DNA of 64,000 nucleotides from Klebsiella phage vB_KpM_FBKp24. The position numbers were made by a program, and so were the translations under genes. The notes beneath the pieces were generated by a model that was given only the letters and a program-made list of their open reading frames with translations, made no database searches and was not told where the DNA came from. The DNA is taken from sequence record MW394391.1; one strand, written 5' to 3'. Shown here piece by piece: positions 27,828 through 37,737 of the stretch. Each line of letters begins with the position of its first letter. Within the stretch, counting starts at the first letter, position 1.

Positions 27828-28494
27828 TAATAAACTCCTCTTGGTTGACTTTCAAATAATCAAATGCAATTTGGTATTTCGACGCTACATCGCCATGACG
27901 GAAGGTGTACTGCTCATCCAGCGCATCGAACCTCGCCAGCGCTTGTGCTAAAATACCGCTATGAAATCCAGTGCGAGGTAAGTTGTTTAAGAATTGATCT
28001 TTCTCGACTAACCATGCCCGTAAAAAGGCTATAGGCAGGTCGTCTGGGTGAGACGCATTGTCCAGGATATCGGCGATTTTTACCGCCCAGATAAAAGGGT
28101 CGTCAGAGCCAATCAACCTCAGATTTTCTAATGTTGTTCTATTACAGCGATTCGCCTTGATATATTCTTTCGTATAGACATCCGTCACCCCATCCACAAT
28201 ATGGATGGTTCGATTTAGTAACTTTGAAAATTGGAAACTGATGTTATCGAAAGAGAAAATAGTATAGCGTAAATCCTCCAGTGACAATTCCGTGTCTTCA
28301 ACAACGTCATGGAGAAGGCCCGCACAAACAACTTCTGCTGGAAATTGGTATGCTTTTAAAAGTTCACTTACTTTGAAAGGGTGAATGTAATAAGGTTTAT
28401 CACTTCCTTTTCTCTTTTGTCCAGTGGCACCATGGGCAACCATTGCCACGATATTGGCCAGCCGATAAAGTTTTTCTTCATTCGTAGCGTTCAT
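27796..28494 (-). CDS. HD-domain (p)ppGpp hydrolase, SpoT/Mesh1-like small alarmone hydrolase
   Basis: RelA/SpoT HD signature KPYYIHPFKVSELL...AGLLHDVVEDT and downstream VDGVTDV (cf. VEGVTKL); 232 aa, no synthetase domain. Confidence 0.8.
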   Translation of the reverse strand: MNATNEEKLYRLANIVAMVAHGATGQKRKGSDKPYYIHPFKVSELLKAYQFPAEVVCAGLLHDVVEDTELSLEDLRYTIFSFDNISFQFSKLLNRTIHIVDGVTDVYTKEYIKANRCNRTTLENLRLIGSDDPFIWAVKIADILDNASHPDDLPIAFLRAWLVEKDQFLNNLPRTGFHSGILAQALARFDALDEQYTFRHGDVASKYQIAFDYLKVNQEEFINAYRYPKRTD

Positions 28495-28560
28495 GTGCCA
28501 CCTTAATAGATTGGGTTACATTAGAGTGATATAGTCTTCAAATAAATTCCGTTCACCGTA

Positions 28561-28600
28561 AAATAGAAAGAGGAGAGGGAAACCCCTCTCCTCTTTTATC
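28561..28600. terminator. rho-independent terminator (agaggagaggg/ccctctcctct)
   Basis: 11-bp stem with AAAC loop, T-rich on both sides. Confidence 0.6.
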
Positions 28601-28601
28601 G

Positions 28602-29225
28602 TCAATAAATTCGAACTTCGTAAACACCCTGCTGAACAAAGGTAATTCCCACACCCAAGTTCGCTGGCCAGTTCACCAAGATCTTGCCCGGTGTCGCTTC
28701 ATTGGCGACGATTGCCGATGACATCTCGATAGCATCTGAGGCGTTACCTTTGGCAAGTACATATTCACCGTAAACGTTAGGGTACGACACATTCAAAACA
28801 ATAATACGGTGGTAACCGGTAGTCCCGATAAGCCGTGACGGAATCGTGATGCTTTCGTTGGCGGTAGCAGTGTAGCGGAATAATACGCCAGTCGCCGCAT
28901 TATTGACAGGAAGAGAAACTGCCACTCCAGAACTGTTCATGATCTGAGACAGTGTACTCCCGTCAAACAAAAAGATGTTTGCCGCTGTTTTGGTGTAATC
29001 CGACCAAATCAGTGCGTAATCACCCGCCTTAAGATTCGCCAAAGCGGTCGCACTGTCCGTATAAACGGTAGGGTTAGCCATAACCATACGAAGCACGGCC
29101 ACTGAGACCGCCTGTGTACTTTCGTCCCCGTTTACCAATGAAGTCGAGAAAGGAATGATATCCTTCTCGGCTATGGTGTTGACACGGGTAAGTTCGGAGA
29201 TCTTTACCGAGATATCTTCTGCCAT
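28602..29225 (-). CDS. hypothetical protein (207 aa)
   Basis: ORF track. Confidence 0.5.
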   Translation of the reverse strand: MAEDISVKISELTRVNTIAEKDIIPFSTSLVNGDESTQAVSVAVLRMVMANPTVYTDSATALANLKAGDYALIWSDYTKTAANIFLFDGSTLSQIMNSSGVAVSLPVNNAATGVLFRYTATANESITIPSRLIGTTGYHRIIVLNVSYPNVYGEYVLAKGNASDAIEMSSAIVANEATPGKILVNWPANLGVGITFVQQGVYEVRIY

Positions 29226-29280
29226 GTTAAAGTTCCTTAGGAATAAAACGAAGAGTTAACATAGCAACTCAGTCGTGGTA

Positions 29281-30555
29281 TTACGCCGGATCCGGGTTAG
29301 GGATATTGACGTCACTGATACCCACCGCTACATCGGGATTAGGTTCAACGCTGTCATTTTGCTTCCTTTCGATTCGTAATTTCTCGGGGTGTTTCAGATT
29401 AAAACGACGCCGCATTTGGTAGAGATAATTGTTATCGTCGTCATCGCCGATAAATTTGATTTCATACCCAACCCGGTCAAAATAACTGTAGGTATCAGAG
29501 CGACTGTTTTTACGTTCTAATCCAACAACGACTTTCCCTTTAAACCGCTTATAGTCTTCCGTCCAACTCTGGAAATGTTTTGTTGGGAAACAGGGAGTTG
29601 AGAAGCTGATCTCGTAAACGGCTCCTCTGAACCAGGTCAGTTTATCGTCAATAAGCTGGGCGTCATTAGGGATCAACGCGATCAACCGCATCAACGGGTA
29701 AATAAGGTCCCGATGGATTGTTTCTCCTCGAAACTCACCACCAACCCTGACGATCTCTTCCCCGTTATCGTAGCCATCGGACCAGGTTGCGTTATCAAGG
29801 CTCCTGATCGCTTTCTGCCGAGTCTTTGAATCGAATTGACCCATCAGCTTAATGTAATGAAGAAACGTCTCTGTGAGCATATCACAGAGCGTAGGGTCGA
29901 TGAAAAATGATTCCGGTCGGATGTAATTTCCTTCAACGAAACCCGCTCCGGAACGAAGATACCTCAACTCAATAAACGCTTCGACGTGCTGCGGATTAAT
30001 TTCAATAGTTGCTGCGTTGTCGAGATAAAAATGTTTCTCCGGTTTATCGGGCTCACTCCACGGGAAGGTAATTTCGGTAGAGGAATAATAGTTGTGATAA
30101 CCAATAAACTCGCCACTAAAACTACTCGGGTGGTAAAATACCCGACCGTCGTTATAACGCGCTATTCCGTCGTCGTCTAAAAACAGCGCACCACAACGCT
30201 TATTTTGTTTATTCCCATACCCGTGATCAACCCACTCTTCCGGTTCCCCGGTCAATGGAGTCAGCGGAGAAAAGCTGAGCAGTTTGATAAGAATATCCAA
30301 CACCCGGGCACGTTCAGTTGCCTCGTCAATGCGAGAAAATAACAACTGACTGAATCCGTAAAGGAGAGAATCTTTCTCTTCGATAGGGGAAAGGTTTTCT
30401 TTCCAATGACGCATGGAACCAATTAAACAACTAGCGCTTCCGCCGGAGTGACCCTGCTCGTCCCAGATCTCGTAACACTCTCTTAAGAGGTCACAGGTTT
30501 CCGCGTCTAATTTGGCGAAAATGAATTCCACTTCGAAATGACTTTTCAAACTCAT
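29281..30555 (-). CDS. hypothetical protein (424 aa)
   Basis: ORF track. Confidence 0.55.
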   Translation of the reverse strand: MSLKSHFEVEFIFAKLDAETCDLLRECYEIWDEQGHSGGSASCLIGSMRHWKENLSPIEEKDSLLYGFSQLLFSRIDEATERARVLDILIKLLSFSPLTPLTGEPEEWVDHGYGNKQNKRCGALFLDDDGIARYNDGRVFYHPSSFSGEFIGYHNYYSSTEITFPWSEPDKPEKHFYLDNAATIEINPQHVEAFIELRYLRSGAGFVEGNYIRPESFFIDPTLCDMLTETFLHYIKLMGQFDSKTRQKAIRSLDNATWSDGYDNGEEIVRVGGEFRGETIHRDLIYPLMRLIALIPNDAQLIDDKLTWFRGAVYEISFSTPCFPTKHFQSWTEDYKRFKGKVVVGLERKNSRSDTYSYFDRVGYEIKFIGDDDDNNYLYQMRRRFNLKHPEKLRIERKQNDSVEPNPDVAVGISDVNIPNPDPA

Positions 30556-30743
30556 GGTTTTGATTTCCTATTGGCTTTGTTTTCGATTAGTAATAGTATT
30601 TAAAGCTGTAGTCTGTATGCGTTTAAACGCTGTTCTTCTTATTTTCAAAACAAATAGATACCGCGTATTTTTTTCTGGGTTCTCGGCCTGGTATTTTATG
30701 TTACCGTAACGTATCAAACACTTTGCAAAGGCTAAAATAAAAA

Positions 30744-32039
30744 ATGAAACATACACGCAATGTTCTTAAGGCGCTCGCATCAAAACCTTCTTTAGAGGCC
30801 CAGGCTTTCGAGGCTTTACAAGAAGGGCAGAGTGCCGACCTCAGCTTCCTGGCACTGGAAGCTTATGAACTCACTGATGAAGTCGCCGATCAGCTTGACG
30901 AAGCTGGTGAACTGGAAGAGAAAACAGAACGCGGTGAAGTACTTAAAGATTTCATCCAATCCGAAATTGCTAATGACGACCGCGTAGCGACCCCTAACGA
31001 AATCGCTTTAATCGAACAAGCCACCGACGCTGTCGTTGACGGCACTGGTGAGACGGTTGAAACCGTCATCCCATCTCTGGAGTCGTTTGAAGTGAAGGGC
31101 GGTGCTGCGCCGTCACTGGAAGCGCTGGGTGGGACAATTTCTGACTTCGCAAAGGGCGCGATTCAGCTGGTTAAGAACGCAGGCGATTCTTTTAAGAAAT
31201 ACCTCAAAAGCCTGTTCTCTCGTCTTGAGGCATTGAAGAACTTAATCGGTGACGTTGAGAAGAAAGCCACCAACGCAGAGTTTGCTGAATCGGTTGAGGT
31301 CTCAGCTGCACTTTCCGTTTCCGCCGCTTGGGACGATAACAGCTTTGCCTCCACATTCGATAAAGCCATTTCCGGAATGGAAGTAATCGCGAAGAAAACT
31401 ACCGAACTGTCTGGTCCCTACGCTCAAAAACTGCTGACTAAACACGACGAGTTTGTCAACCTGGTTCAGAAAACGTTTGACGGGGCATTAGGGCGCAGCG
31501 ATAAAAAATCCCTCGAGCGTTCCGATCTGGCGAAGAAATTTATCAACAACGCCGAAGCACTGGCTGCGCTGTTCCAGAATACCCTTTCTGACGGAAAAGA
31601 GTTCGGCGGGCTGTATGTCTCTAATGGCGAGAAATTAAAAAGTTCCGATGATTTCAGCGCTGTATCTAAATCGATCGTTAAATGCGTACCGCAGGTTTTC
31701 CGTGCTGGTAATGTCGATGGTCGTTCTTTCACCATGACCGGCGTGAACAAAGAGTCTGTACGTCGCCTGTGTTCGATTCTGAAGAACTCTACCGGCAGCC
31801 TGTCCAGAACTAAAGCAACCGGCACTATGTTTAATGTCGATTTCTTTACGACGCAGAACGATTTTGGTTTAGTGAGTTCAATCGTCTTTGGTATCAGCTC
31901 CACCCAATTCCAGATGGCGATTAACCGCGTGAACCGTGCGTACATTTCCGGCTATACTCGCCCGTTGATGCAGTACATCAACCACTACTTCCGTGTAGCG
32001 GAAGCGCAGCTGGCGATCGCCAAAAAAGCCATGAAATAA
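30744..32039 (+). CDS. hypothetical acidic protein, Ala/Glu-rich (431 aa)
   Basis: ORF track; relatively host-like codon usage; followed by strong terminator. Confidence 0.6.
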   Translation: MKHTRNVLKALASKPSLEAQAFEALQEGQSADLSFLALEAYELTDEVADQLDEAGELEEKTERGEVLKDFIQSEIANDDRVATPNEIALIEQATDAVVDGTGETVETVIPSLESFEVKGGAAPSLEALGGTISDFAKGAIQLVKNAGDSFKKYLKSLFSRLEALKNLIGDVEKKATNAEFAESVEVSAALSVSAAWDDNSFASTFDKAISGMEVIAKKTTELSGPYAQKLLTKHDEFVNLVQKTFDGALGRSDKKSLERSDLAKKFINNAEALAALFQNTLSDGKEFGGLYVSNGEKLKSSDDFSAVSKSIVKCVPQVFRAGNVDGRSFTMTGVNKESVRRLCSILKNSTGSLSRTKATGTMFNVDFFTTQNDFGLVSSIVFGISSTQFQMAINRVNRAYISGYTRPLMQYINHYFRVAEAQLAIAKKAMK

Positions 32040-32044
32040 AAAAT

Positions 32045-32095
32045 AAAAGAAAACACTTTCCTCTCTCCGCTTTTGGCGGAGAGAGGAAATATGCT
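32045..32095. terminator. bidirectional rho-independent terminator (tttcctctctccgc/gcggagagaggaaa)
   Basis: 14-bp stem between convergent genes. Confidence 0.65.
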
Positions 32096-32460
32096 TATTT
32101 GATAATTTTCCCGTTAAGGAGGTTTACAAGGAACAAGCGGTAGTCGGCATCTTCGACTTCAGGGAGAATTTCGCCTTGAACCGCCGCCGCTACGCTCCGG
32201 TATTTCGTGATGTCAATATCGACAACGTCCTTTCCTACTTGACTATCCGAATACCCGATGATCGTAGACTCGATTTCTTTTACAATAACTTCTAAAGGTA
32301 AATCAAGTTCACGCCATCTGCCTTTAGCACCGTCGTAAATATTCTGCAAAGTAGCAGACTCACTGCTGTTAGAGAAAAGTAGTTTGGTGAAAAAACCCAA
32401 AACCTTTTTACTCTGTATTAGCCGCGCAAACAGTACCGAATCATAATCTTTCAGGTACAT
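32095..32460 (-). CDS. hypothetical protein (121 aa)
   Basis: ORF track. Confidence 0.5.
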   Translation of the reverse strand: MYLKDYDSVLFARLIQSKKVLGFFTKLLFSNSSESATLQNIYDGAKGRWRELDLPLEVIVKEIESTIIGYSDSQVGKDVVDIDITKYRSVAAAVQGEILPEVEDADYRLFLVNLLNGKIIK

Positions 32461-32481
32461 CTTTACTCTCCTTTATTCCCG

Positions 32482-32835
32482 CTAATCGGTTTCTTTCACA
32501 AAATACTGAGGGTTAGCTTGGAGGAACGACTCCATTAGTATTACTGCCTTGCCCAAGTCATCGCTGACTGAAAGTAAATTAGTCGATGCAACGTAACCTT
32601 TTGTCCAGCGTGTCGGTTGTTCCTTCATGTAATGAACTTCACAACGAAGTAGAAAAAAGAGCCCTCCGTTAAATTTGGCATCGCCGTCGATAATGTTTTC
32701 AGTCACACCGTAACTGGACCCTACGATAGAAATCCAATTTTTCATCGATTCTTTGGTCTTAAATTTCATGACATCGATGTCTTGAATACGGCTGACCTTT
32801 TTACTCAGCTGGTTTAATGCCTCAGTGATATTCAT
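32482..32835 (-). CDS. hypothetical protein (117 aa)
   Basis: ORF track. Confidence 0.5.
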   Translation of the reverse strand: MNITEALNQLSKKVSRIQDIDVMKFKTKESMKNWISIVGSSYGVTENIIDGDAKFNGGLFFLLRCEVHYMKEQPTRWTKGYVASTNLLSVSDDLGKAVILMESFLQANPQYFVKETD

Positions 32836-32837
32836 TA

Positions 32838-33623
32838 TTACAGATCCAAAAGTCGTTTGGTTAATGCGCGGTGTTCTTCAACTTCTTTCTGGAAATTTGA
32901 GCGCTGTAACGCTAACCAACTACTCGCATACTCCGGGTATTGGAGTAAAGTTGATTCAGCAATACGATCTTCAACAGAACCTTTTCCATCCCAAGGCTCT
33001 GCATAGTAGAAAACTTTGTGGTCATCGATCAAGGGGTTAATAGGAAACTCATCGCGGCGAACCATGCGCGTTGAGGCGTAACCTTGCCAATAGGCATATT
33101 TCGGTTTCGGGAAATTATGAACGGCGTCGGTTTTGTAAATAGGCCCTTCGAGTTCATAGCGGATCATCCGATGACAACCCCGATGGTGGTAGTGCTTGTA
33201 ATATTCAGACCACTTCCAATCAGTAGGGTTATTAGTTAAAGGCCGCGGGGATTGCCCGGTGGCCAGTAATTCTACCGCCCGCATAACCTTAGGAGAGAGT
33301 TCCTTTAAACCCGCTTTCTTTTGCGCTAGCAGAATAGATTGCATCAACGGAAAACGGGAAGGGTCATCGGTCAAATCGCGAGTGGAAAATGATTCCATGA
33401 AAGAACGAAATTGACTAAAAATGACCGATAATAATTTGACTTGAAACTGCGGTGTGATTTCATGAATAAATTGTTTTTCATTTTCAGTTAAATCCGCACC
33501 GTCGAGATAAATTTTATTCTTCGCCATTTTGTTCACTCCCAATTGATAAAGAGAATAAATGGACGGGAACGACCCGTCCATATCATGTTTAACGCCCGTT
33601 AAAAATCTTTCGTGTAAAATCAC
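32838..33623 (-). CDS. hypothetical protein (261 aa; start may be internal MAKNKIYLD)
   Basis: ORF track. Confidence 0.5.
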   Translation of the reverse strand: MILHERFLTGVKHDMDGSFPSIYSLYQLGVNKMAKNKIYLDGADLTENEKQFIHEITPQFQVKLLSVIFSQFRSFMESFSTRDLTDDPSRFPLMQSILLAQKKAGLKELSPKVMRAVELLATGQSPRPLTNNPTDWKWSEYYKHYHHRGCHRMIRYELEGPIYKTDAVHNFPKPKYAYWQGYASTRMVRRDEFPINPLIDDHKVFYYAEPWDGKGSVEDRIAESTLLQYPEYASSWLALQRSNFQKEVEEHRALTKRLLDL

Positions 33624-34161
33624 GCTCTACGTCGACCGTAGTGAGGCCGTAAGCACAAAGGATACCTTGGATATAACCTAACCATCTGTGCTTCTTAGAG
33701 AGGCTCTGAAGAAGGTCATTTTCCAGCGTCTCTAACATCCCCAGCAGATGCTCCGCGTTAAGATAAGGTGTAGTAGGTAAAGCGCCACCTTTCTCTTTAA
33801 TCAGTGAACGATACCGGTTAAGGATGGTTGGGTAAAACGCCTTTGGTACCAGATGAAAATCGCTGAGACTCCCGTGTAACATACAGTCGGTGTTAATGGG
33901 AGTATCTTCTGGAACGTAATCTGTTTCAGGTTCATTCTCGTGGAAATAGGCAATCTCTGATGCTGGGTGTGCCTCCACGACCAGTGTAATAGGAGTCGGA
34001 GTTTCTGAGTTCCCTACACCATCCAGAAGGGTAAGGAATTGATGCGCCATTAGTTCACACGCTTCCTCGACCGTCCCAGTATTACGAGCCACGTAACGAG
34101 CAATTCCTTTCACGTCAGAAAGGAATCCTTCCAATAACGCTTCTTTGGTTAATTCAGGCAT
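33589..34161 (-). CDS. hypothetical protein (190 aa)
   Basis: ORF track. Confidence 0.5.
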   Translation of the reverse strand: MPELTKEALLEGFLSDVKGIARYVARNTGTVEEACELMAHQFLTLLDGVGNSETPTPITLVVEAHPASEIAYFHENEPETDYVPEDTPINTDCMLHGSLSDFHLVPKAFYPTILNRYRSLIKEKGGALPTTPYLNAEHLLGMLETLENDLLQSLSKKHRWLGYIQGILCAYGLTTVDVERDFTRKIFNGR

Positions 34162-34162
34162 C

Positions 34163-34513
34163 TTAGTACCTCATCAGAAAGAGTGACCATGAACCCATCG
34201 AAAGGGAAAGAAGCAAGTAAAAATACGCCCACTTCACATTCTTTAGATTTTCTTTTCTCATTTCCCGGTGAAAAATAAAGTAGAATAAGAAACTTAAAAG
34301 TACACCAATAACCAACACGGACAACGCAAGGGTTTTTGGAATAAAACCGTCTGTATTTAAACCAACCATCGCCCCCACAGTGTTAGTAATAATAAATAAA
34401 TAAAACATAAGGTTAAGTGACTTCATGTTATTTTTTATCCACCTCTGATTCACTGGGTTGTTGTAACGCCCAATGTTTCGAACACACGGAAATATAGCTG
34501 TCGTTCCCGCCAA
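34163..34513 (-). CDS. membrane protein (likely starts at internal MKSLNLMFYLF)
   Basis: Three TM helices; N-terminal part of track ORF overlaps tdk by 86 nt, so a shorter start is likely. Confidence 0.4.
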   Translation of the reverse strand: MAGTTAIFPCVRNIGRYNNPVNQRWIKNNMKSLNLMFYLFIITNTVGAMVGLNTDGFIPKTLALSVLVIGVLLSFLFYFIFHREMRKENLKNVKWAYFYLLLSLSMGSWSLFLMRY

Positions 34514-35018
34514 TTTGTACCTGTGGACCTACAACCACGACTTCACCTTTGTCGTTGAGCCGTAAAACGAAACGGGCTTTCTTTCCACACCAACAAACGG
34601 TGGGGATTTCCTCTAGCTTATCGGCAATCGCTAGAAGAATAGCCGATGCAGGAAACGCTTCTCGCTGAAAGTCTGTCCGCAATCCATAACACAGAACAGT
34701 GACATCGTTAAGGTCAGCAAGCGACCGCAATTCGTAAACATGGAAGGGTTCCAGGAATTGCGCTTCATCGACTAAAATAACCTTAGGATATTGGCGGTCT
34801 TTGTAGATGTCCGTTAAAAACGAAGTGTTCTTATCGAGCATAACACAATCGCCAGATAACCCGATACGAGAACTCACTTTTCCTTTCTCGTCCCGCGTAT
34901 CGATAGCCGGTTTGAAAATATCAACCTCCATTCCGCGCTCACGATAATTATACGCAGTTTGTAGGAGATTAGAAGACTTCGAGGAATTCATAGCGCCGAA
35001 ACGATAAATTAAAGCCAT
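34428..35018 (-). CDS. tdk: thymidine kinase
   Basis: P-loop GAMNSSKSS (cf. GPMFSGKST), Walker B ILVDEAQFL, C-terminal Zn ribbon CWCGKKA; 196 aa. Confidence 0.9.
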   Translation of the reverse strand: MALIYRFGAMNSSKSSNLLQTAYNYRERGMEVDIFKPAIDTRDEKGKVSSRIGLSGDCVMLDKNTSFLTDIYKDRQYPKVILVDEAQFLEPFHVYELRSLADLNDVTVLCYGLRTDFQREAFPASAILLAIADKLEEIPTVCWCGKKARFVLRLNDKGEVVVVGPQVQIGGNDSYISVCSKHWALQQPSESEVDKK

Positions 35019-35019
35019 G

Positions 35020-35295
35020 TTACAATCCTAATGTAATTGAGGTTAAAATCACAACCAGTCCGAATAAGACCGCACCCAAATAATACCAGCGACATACGAT
35101 TTCTGTTTTAGGGTTACCATCGTTTTTAACGAGTTGCCGTATACAGAAAAACAACCCAACCGTCCCTATTAAAGCCACTAAAGCAGCCGTGATTGGATTA
35201 GGCTCTATCTGGTGTATTGCCTTAGAGGACGCCGCCACAACGAGGATGACAAAAAACATGACAAATGATAAGTAAGTATTAGGAGCCCATTTCAT
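35020..35295 (-). CDS. small membrane protein (91 aa)
   Basis: Three hydrophobic helices. Confidence 0.45.
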   Translation of the reverse strand: MKWAPNTYLSFVMFFVILVVAASSKAIHQIEPNPITAALVALIGTVGLFFCIRQLVKNDGNPKTEIVCRWYYLGAVLFGLVVILTSITLGL

Positions 35296-35651
35296 CCTTT
35301 GTTTTTCCCGTATAATTTAGTACATTCCACTAACCAAACCTCAGCAATATTTCTTGCTTCGGTTGTTTCAAATTCAATGATAGGATTCATTGAATCACCC
35401 ATTATCATCAGGCTAGTATCGACGTTTTCCCGCCGGTCCCCGTCAACAAAGCTGCCGATATAGCGAATATTTCTCCACGGAATGAAGAAATTTCTGTTGC
35501 TAGGCACAGTATCCTTCACTGGACCAAGAGAAAGGATCAAACGCGTTTCGTCCGAATCCTCACTTAATTGGAAGAAAAGAGCCATGTCACAAATTGTAAC
35601 TTTCTCTTTTTTTGCAATATGTTGGTATTTTTGAATATCGAAGGGAATCAT
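35292..35651 (-). CDS. hypothetical protein (119 aa)
   Basis: ORF track. Confidence 0.45.
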   Translation of the reverse strand: MIPFDIQKYQHIAKKEKVTICDMALFFQLSEDSDETRLILSLGPVKDTVPSNRNFFIPWRNIRYIGSFVDGDRRENVDTSLMIMGDSMNPIIEFETTEARNIAEVWLVECTKLYGKNKG

Positions 35652-35667
35652 GAAAAATCCTTATTAG

Positions 35668-35706
35668 ACAAAAGAAAAAAAGAGGGACTTGTCCCTCTTT
35701 TCTACT
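35668..35706 (-). terminator. rho-independent terminator (agagggac/gtccctct)
   Basis: 8-bp stem followed on minus strand by T7. Confidence 0.55.
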
Positions 35707-36367
35707 AACCGTAGTAATCTACGCATTCAGTTACCCATGCGTGAAAAGCAATAGCCGCGCTCTCTGTTTGGAAAGGGATTTGATGATCGTTAATGAACAC
35801 CGTATTTTCATGGTACGCGACGACATTGACATCTTTCCAACGTACGTAAACGACCGTCCCGTGGGCGACGGTATTATCGATATAGCTAAACTTTTTCTCG
35901 TCAACCTCGTCTTCAACTTCAGAGAAGAATTGGAGGTCTTTTTCCGAGTAGGGCTCTGCATCTTCCCCAATGAAGTATGCAGAAGGAGACGGCATAGGTT
36001 TGGCGTCATCTACAATCCCATAGGTCTTCAACCAAAGATCGGCGATGATAGTTTTCGCCAGCTCTGCACATTGATCTGTAGGGTATTGTAAAATGACCTC
36101 TGCTTCTTCTAGAAATTCGAGTATCACCATCTGAGGAGATTGTAGGGAAATCTCGCGCAGTTCGCTGAAAGGGATAACTTTCAAACTTCCCCGGGTCCGA
36201 ACTGCCAAACCACCTACCCCGAGATTATTGATCAGACCAAGAAGAGAATTAAGTTCAATGTCGCTCAGTTGGATATCGTCAGGAATGTATTTATCGAGAC
36301 TAAAAGCCATTACATCACCCCTTATCAAGTGTATAAGTAAATAAGACACGGTACGGAAAAATTTCAC
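35705..36367 (-). CDS. hypothetical acidic protein (likely starts at MAFSLDKY, 36308)
   Basis: ORF track. Confidence 0.5.
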   Translation of the reverse strand: MKFFRTVSYLLIHLIRGDVMAFSLDKYIPDDIQLSDIELNSLLGLINNLGVGGLAVRTRGSLKVIPFSELREISLQSPQMVILEFLEEAEVILQYPTDQCAELAKTIIADLWLKTYGIVDDAKPMPSPSAYFIGEDAEPYSEKDLQFFSEVEDEVDEKKFSYIDNTVAHGTVVYVRWKDVNVVAYHENTVFINDHQIPFQTESAAIAFHAWVTECVDYYG

Positions 36368-36683
36368 TACTCCCGCGCCATTTCCGATTTGGGTCGTTGA
36401 GTTTTATTGTTTCGTTGATACGCTGCCGCAATAAGTTGACCTGCGTTTCCAGAATGTAATTGAAATCGGGTTGATCCCCTCCCCATATCGCCTGACCCTT
36501 GGCTTTTACATCAAGGGTAATGACGCCCTCGATAAAAATACAAGTGAAAAATATTTCAGAGCCAAGAGACCCGGTGCGCGAGCCGTAGTCTGCATCTTTC
36601 GCCAGAAAACCTTCCATGGCGCGAATTAAAAATTCGCAGGTTTCGTTATACGCTTTGGCGCGTAAAAGGGCAGTTGTTGTCAT
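36315..36683 (-). CDS. hypothetical protein (122 aa)
   Basis: ORF track. Confidence 0.45.
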   Translation of the reverse strand: MTTTALLRAKAYNETCEFLIRAMEGFLAKDADYGSRTGSLGSEIFFTCIFIEGVITLDVKAKGQAIWGGDQPDFNYILETQVNLLRQRINETIKLNDPNRKWRGSSEIFPYRVLFTYTLDKG

Positions 36684-37267
36684 CGTAATTCCCCCATGAC
36701 TTTTTCAAGCCAATCGTAAACCATTTGATGAGATAGATCGTATATGTTGATACAGGGAATTCCCCTGTCCAACGCAATTTTGTACGCGGACCGTGTACCG
36801 CCTTTAGGTAAACCCTCTTTGTCTTGCGGCGCGCAAGCAATGAGAAAAGAAGAGGGGCTTTCACAGTCTTCCCCTAAAATCTGGAAGACATTTCTGATAT
36901 GAAAAACTTTTTGTCCGTCAGTGAGTCTGTCCCATACCGGATGAACGTCTTTGATAATTTCACTTGCCTTATTGATATTTTCAGCAGTGTAATTAAAATG
37001 ATCGTAGCGGTCGGAAACAAAAACGTTGTGTCGTTCAAAGGTTTTCCACGGAAGGAATATTTGCGGGTCACGTATGTAGTCATTATCGCGAAGGGCTTTC
37101 TCGAAGCCTACTTGGTACGCTTGGTCTGCCCCCGGCGCTTTTCCTGACCGCATTGAATAACCCTGCTCACAAATGAAGAAACCGAGTTCCTCACAAAAGG
37201 AAAAATGTGCATGTCCAATATCAGTTGCACCAATAGTGGTGACGTAGGAGAATTCGGCGTTCTTCAT
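36680..37267 (-). CDS. DprA/Smf-like (SLOG/DUF2493-type) Rossmann-fold protein
   Basis: GATDIGHAHF...MRSGKAPGADQAYQVG resembles DprA SGLARGIDxxAH core; GGTRSAYKIALDRGIPCI resembles DprA SGSLITA..A.E.GR.VF; weak. Confidence 0.45.
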   Translation of the reverse strand: MKNAEFSYVTTIGATDIGHAHFSFCEELGFFICEQGYSMRSGKAPGADQAYQVGFEKALRDNDYIRDPQIFLPWKTFERHNVFVSDRYDHFNYTAENINKASEIIKDVHPVWDRLTDGQKVFHIRNVFQILGEDCESPSSFLIACAPQDKEGLPKGGTRSAYKIALDRGIPCINIYDLSHQMVYDWLEKVMGELR

Positions 37268-37280
37268 CGTGTATTCCTTC

Positions 37281-37607
37281 TTAATAGAGCCTTATTAACA
37301 TAGTGACACCGGAGGTGATTTTCACCACCCCGGCTAAGAAGGTGATGAACATCGCTCTGGCATACGTTCGGTTATACGACCAAAAGGAGAGCTGAAAAGC
37401 TAATACTCCCCACCCTAAACCCAATAGAATAATAATGACGGCAATGATCGACTGTTCCATGACGGACCAATTTCCGAGGAATCGACTGACGTTGATTCCT
37501 ATCCAGAGCCCGCCAAGAAAAGCAAGCGTTGTCAACGCCGCCAACATCAATTTATTCTTCGTCGTCATCGTCATCCTCTTCGTCGTTAGATTGACCCAGA
37601 AATGCAA
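37281..37607 (-). CDS. membrane protein (108 aa)
   Basis: Three hydrophobic helices. Confidence 0.45.
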   Translation of the reverse strand: MHFWVNLTTKRMTMTTKNKLMLAALTTLAFLGGLWIGINVSRFLGNWSVMEQSIIAVIIILLGLGWGVLAFQLSFWSYNRTYARAMFITFLAGVVKITSGVTMLIRLY

Positions 37608-37737
37608 GGACGATTAAATCGAGTAAATCAGACATAGTGTTTTAAAGCTCCATTGTTGTTAGTTGGACTAATTCCAATAGAGTGATATAGGTGTCAAATT
37701 AATTGGATTCCTCGTTAAAAGAGATGGCAAGTTTCCT

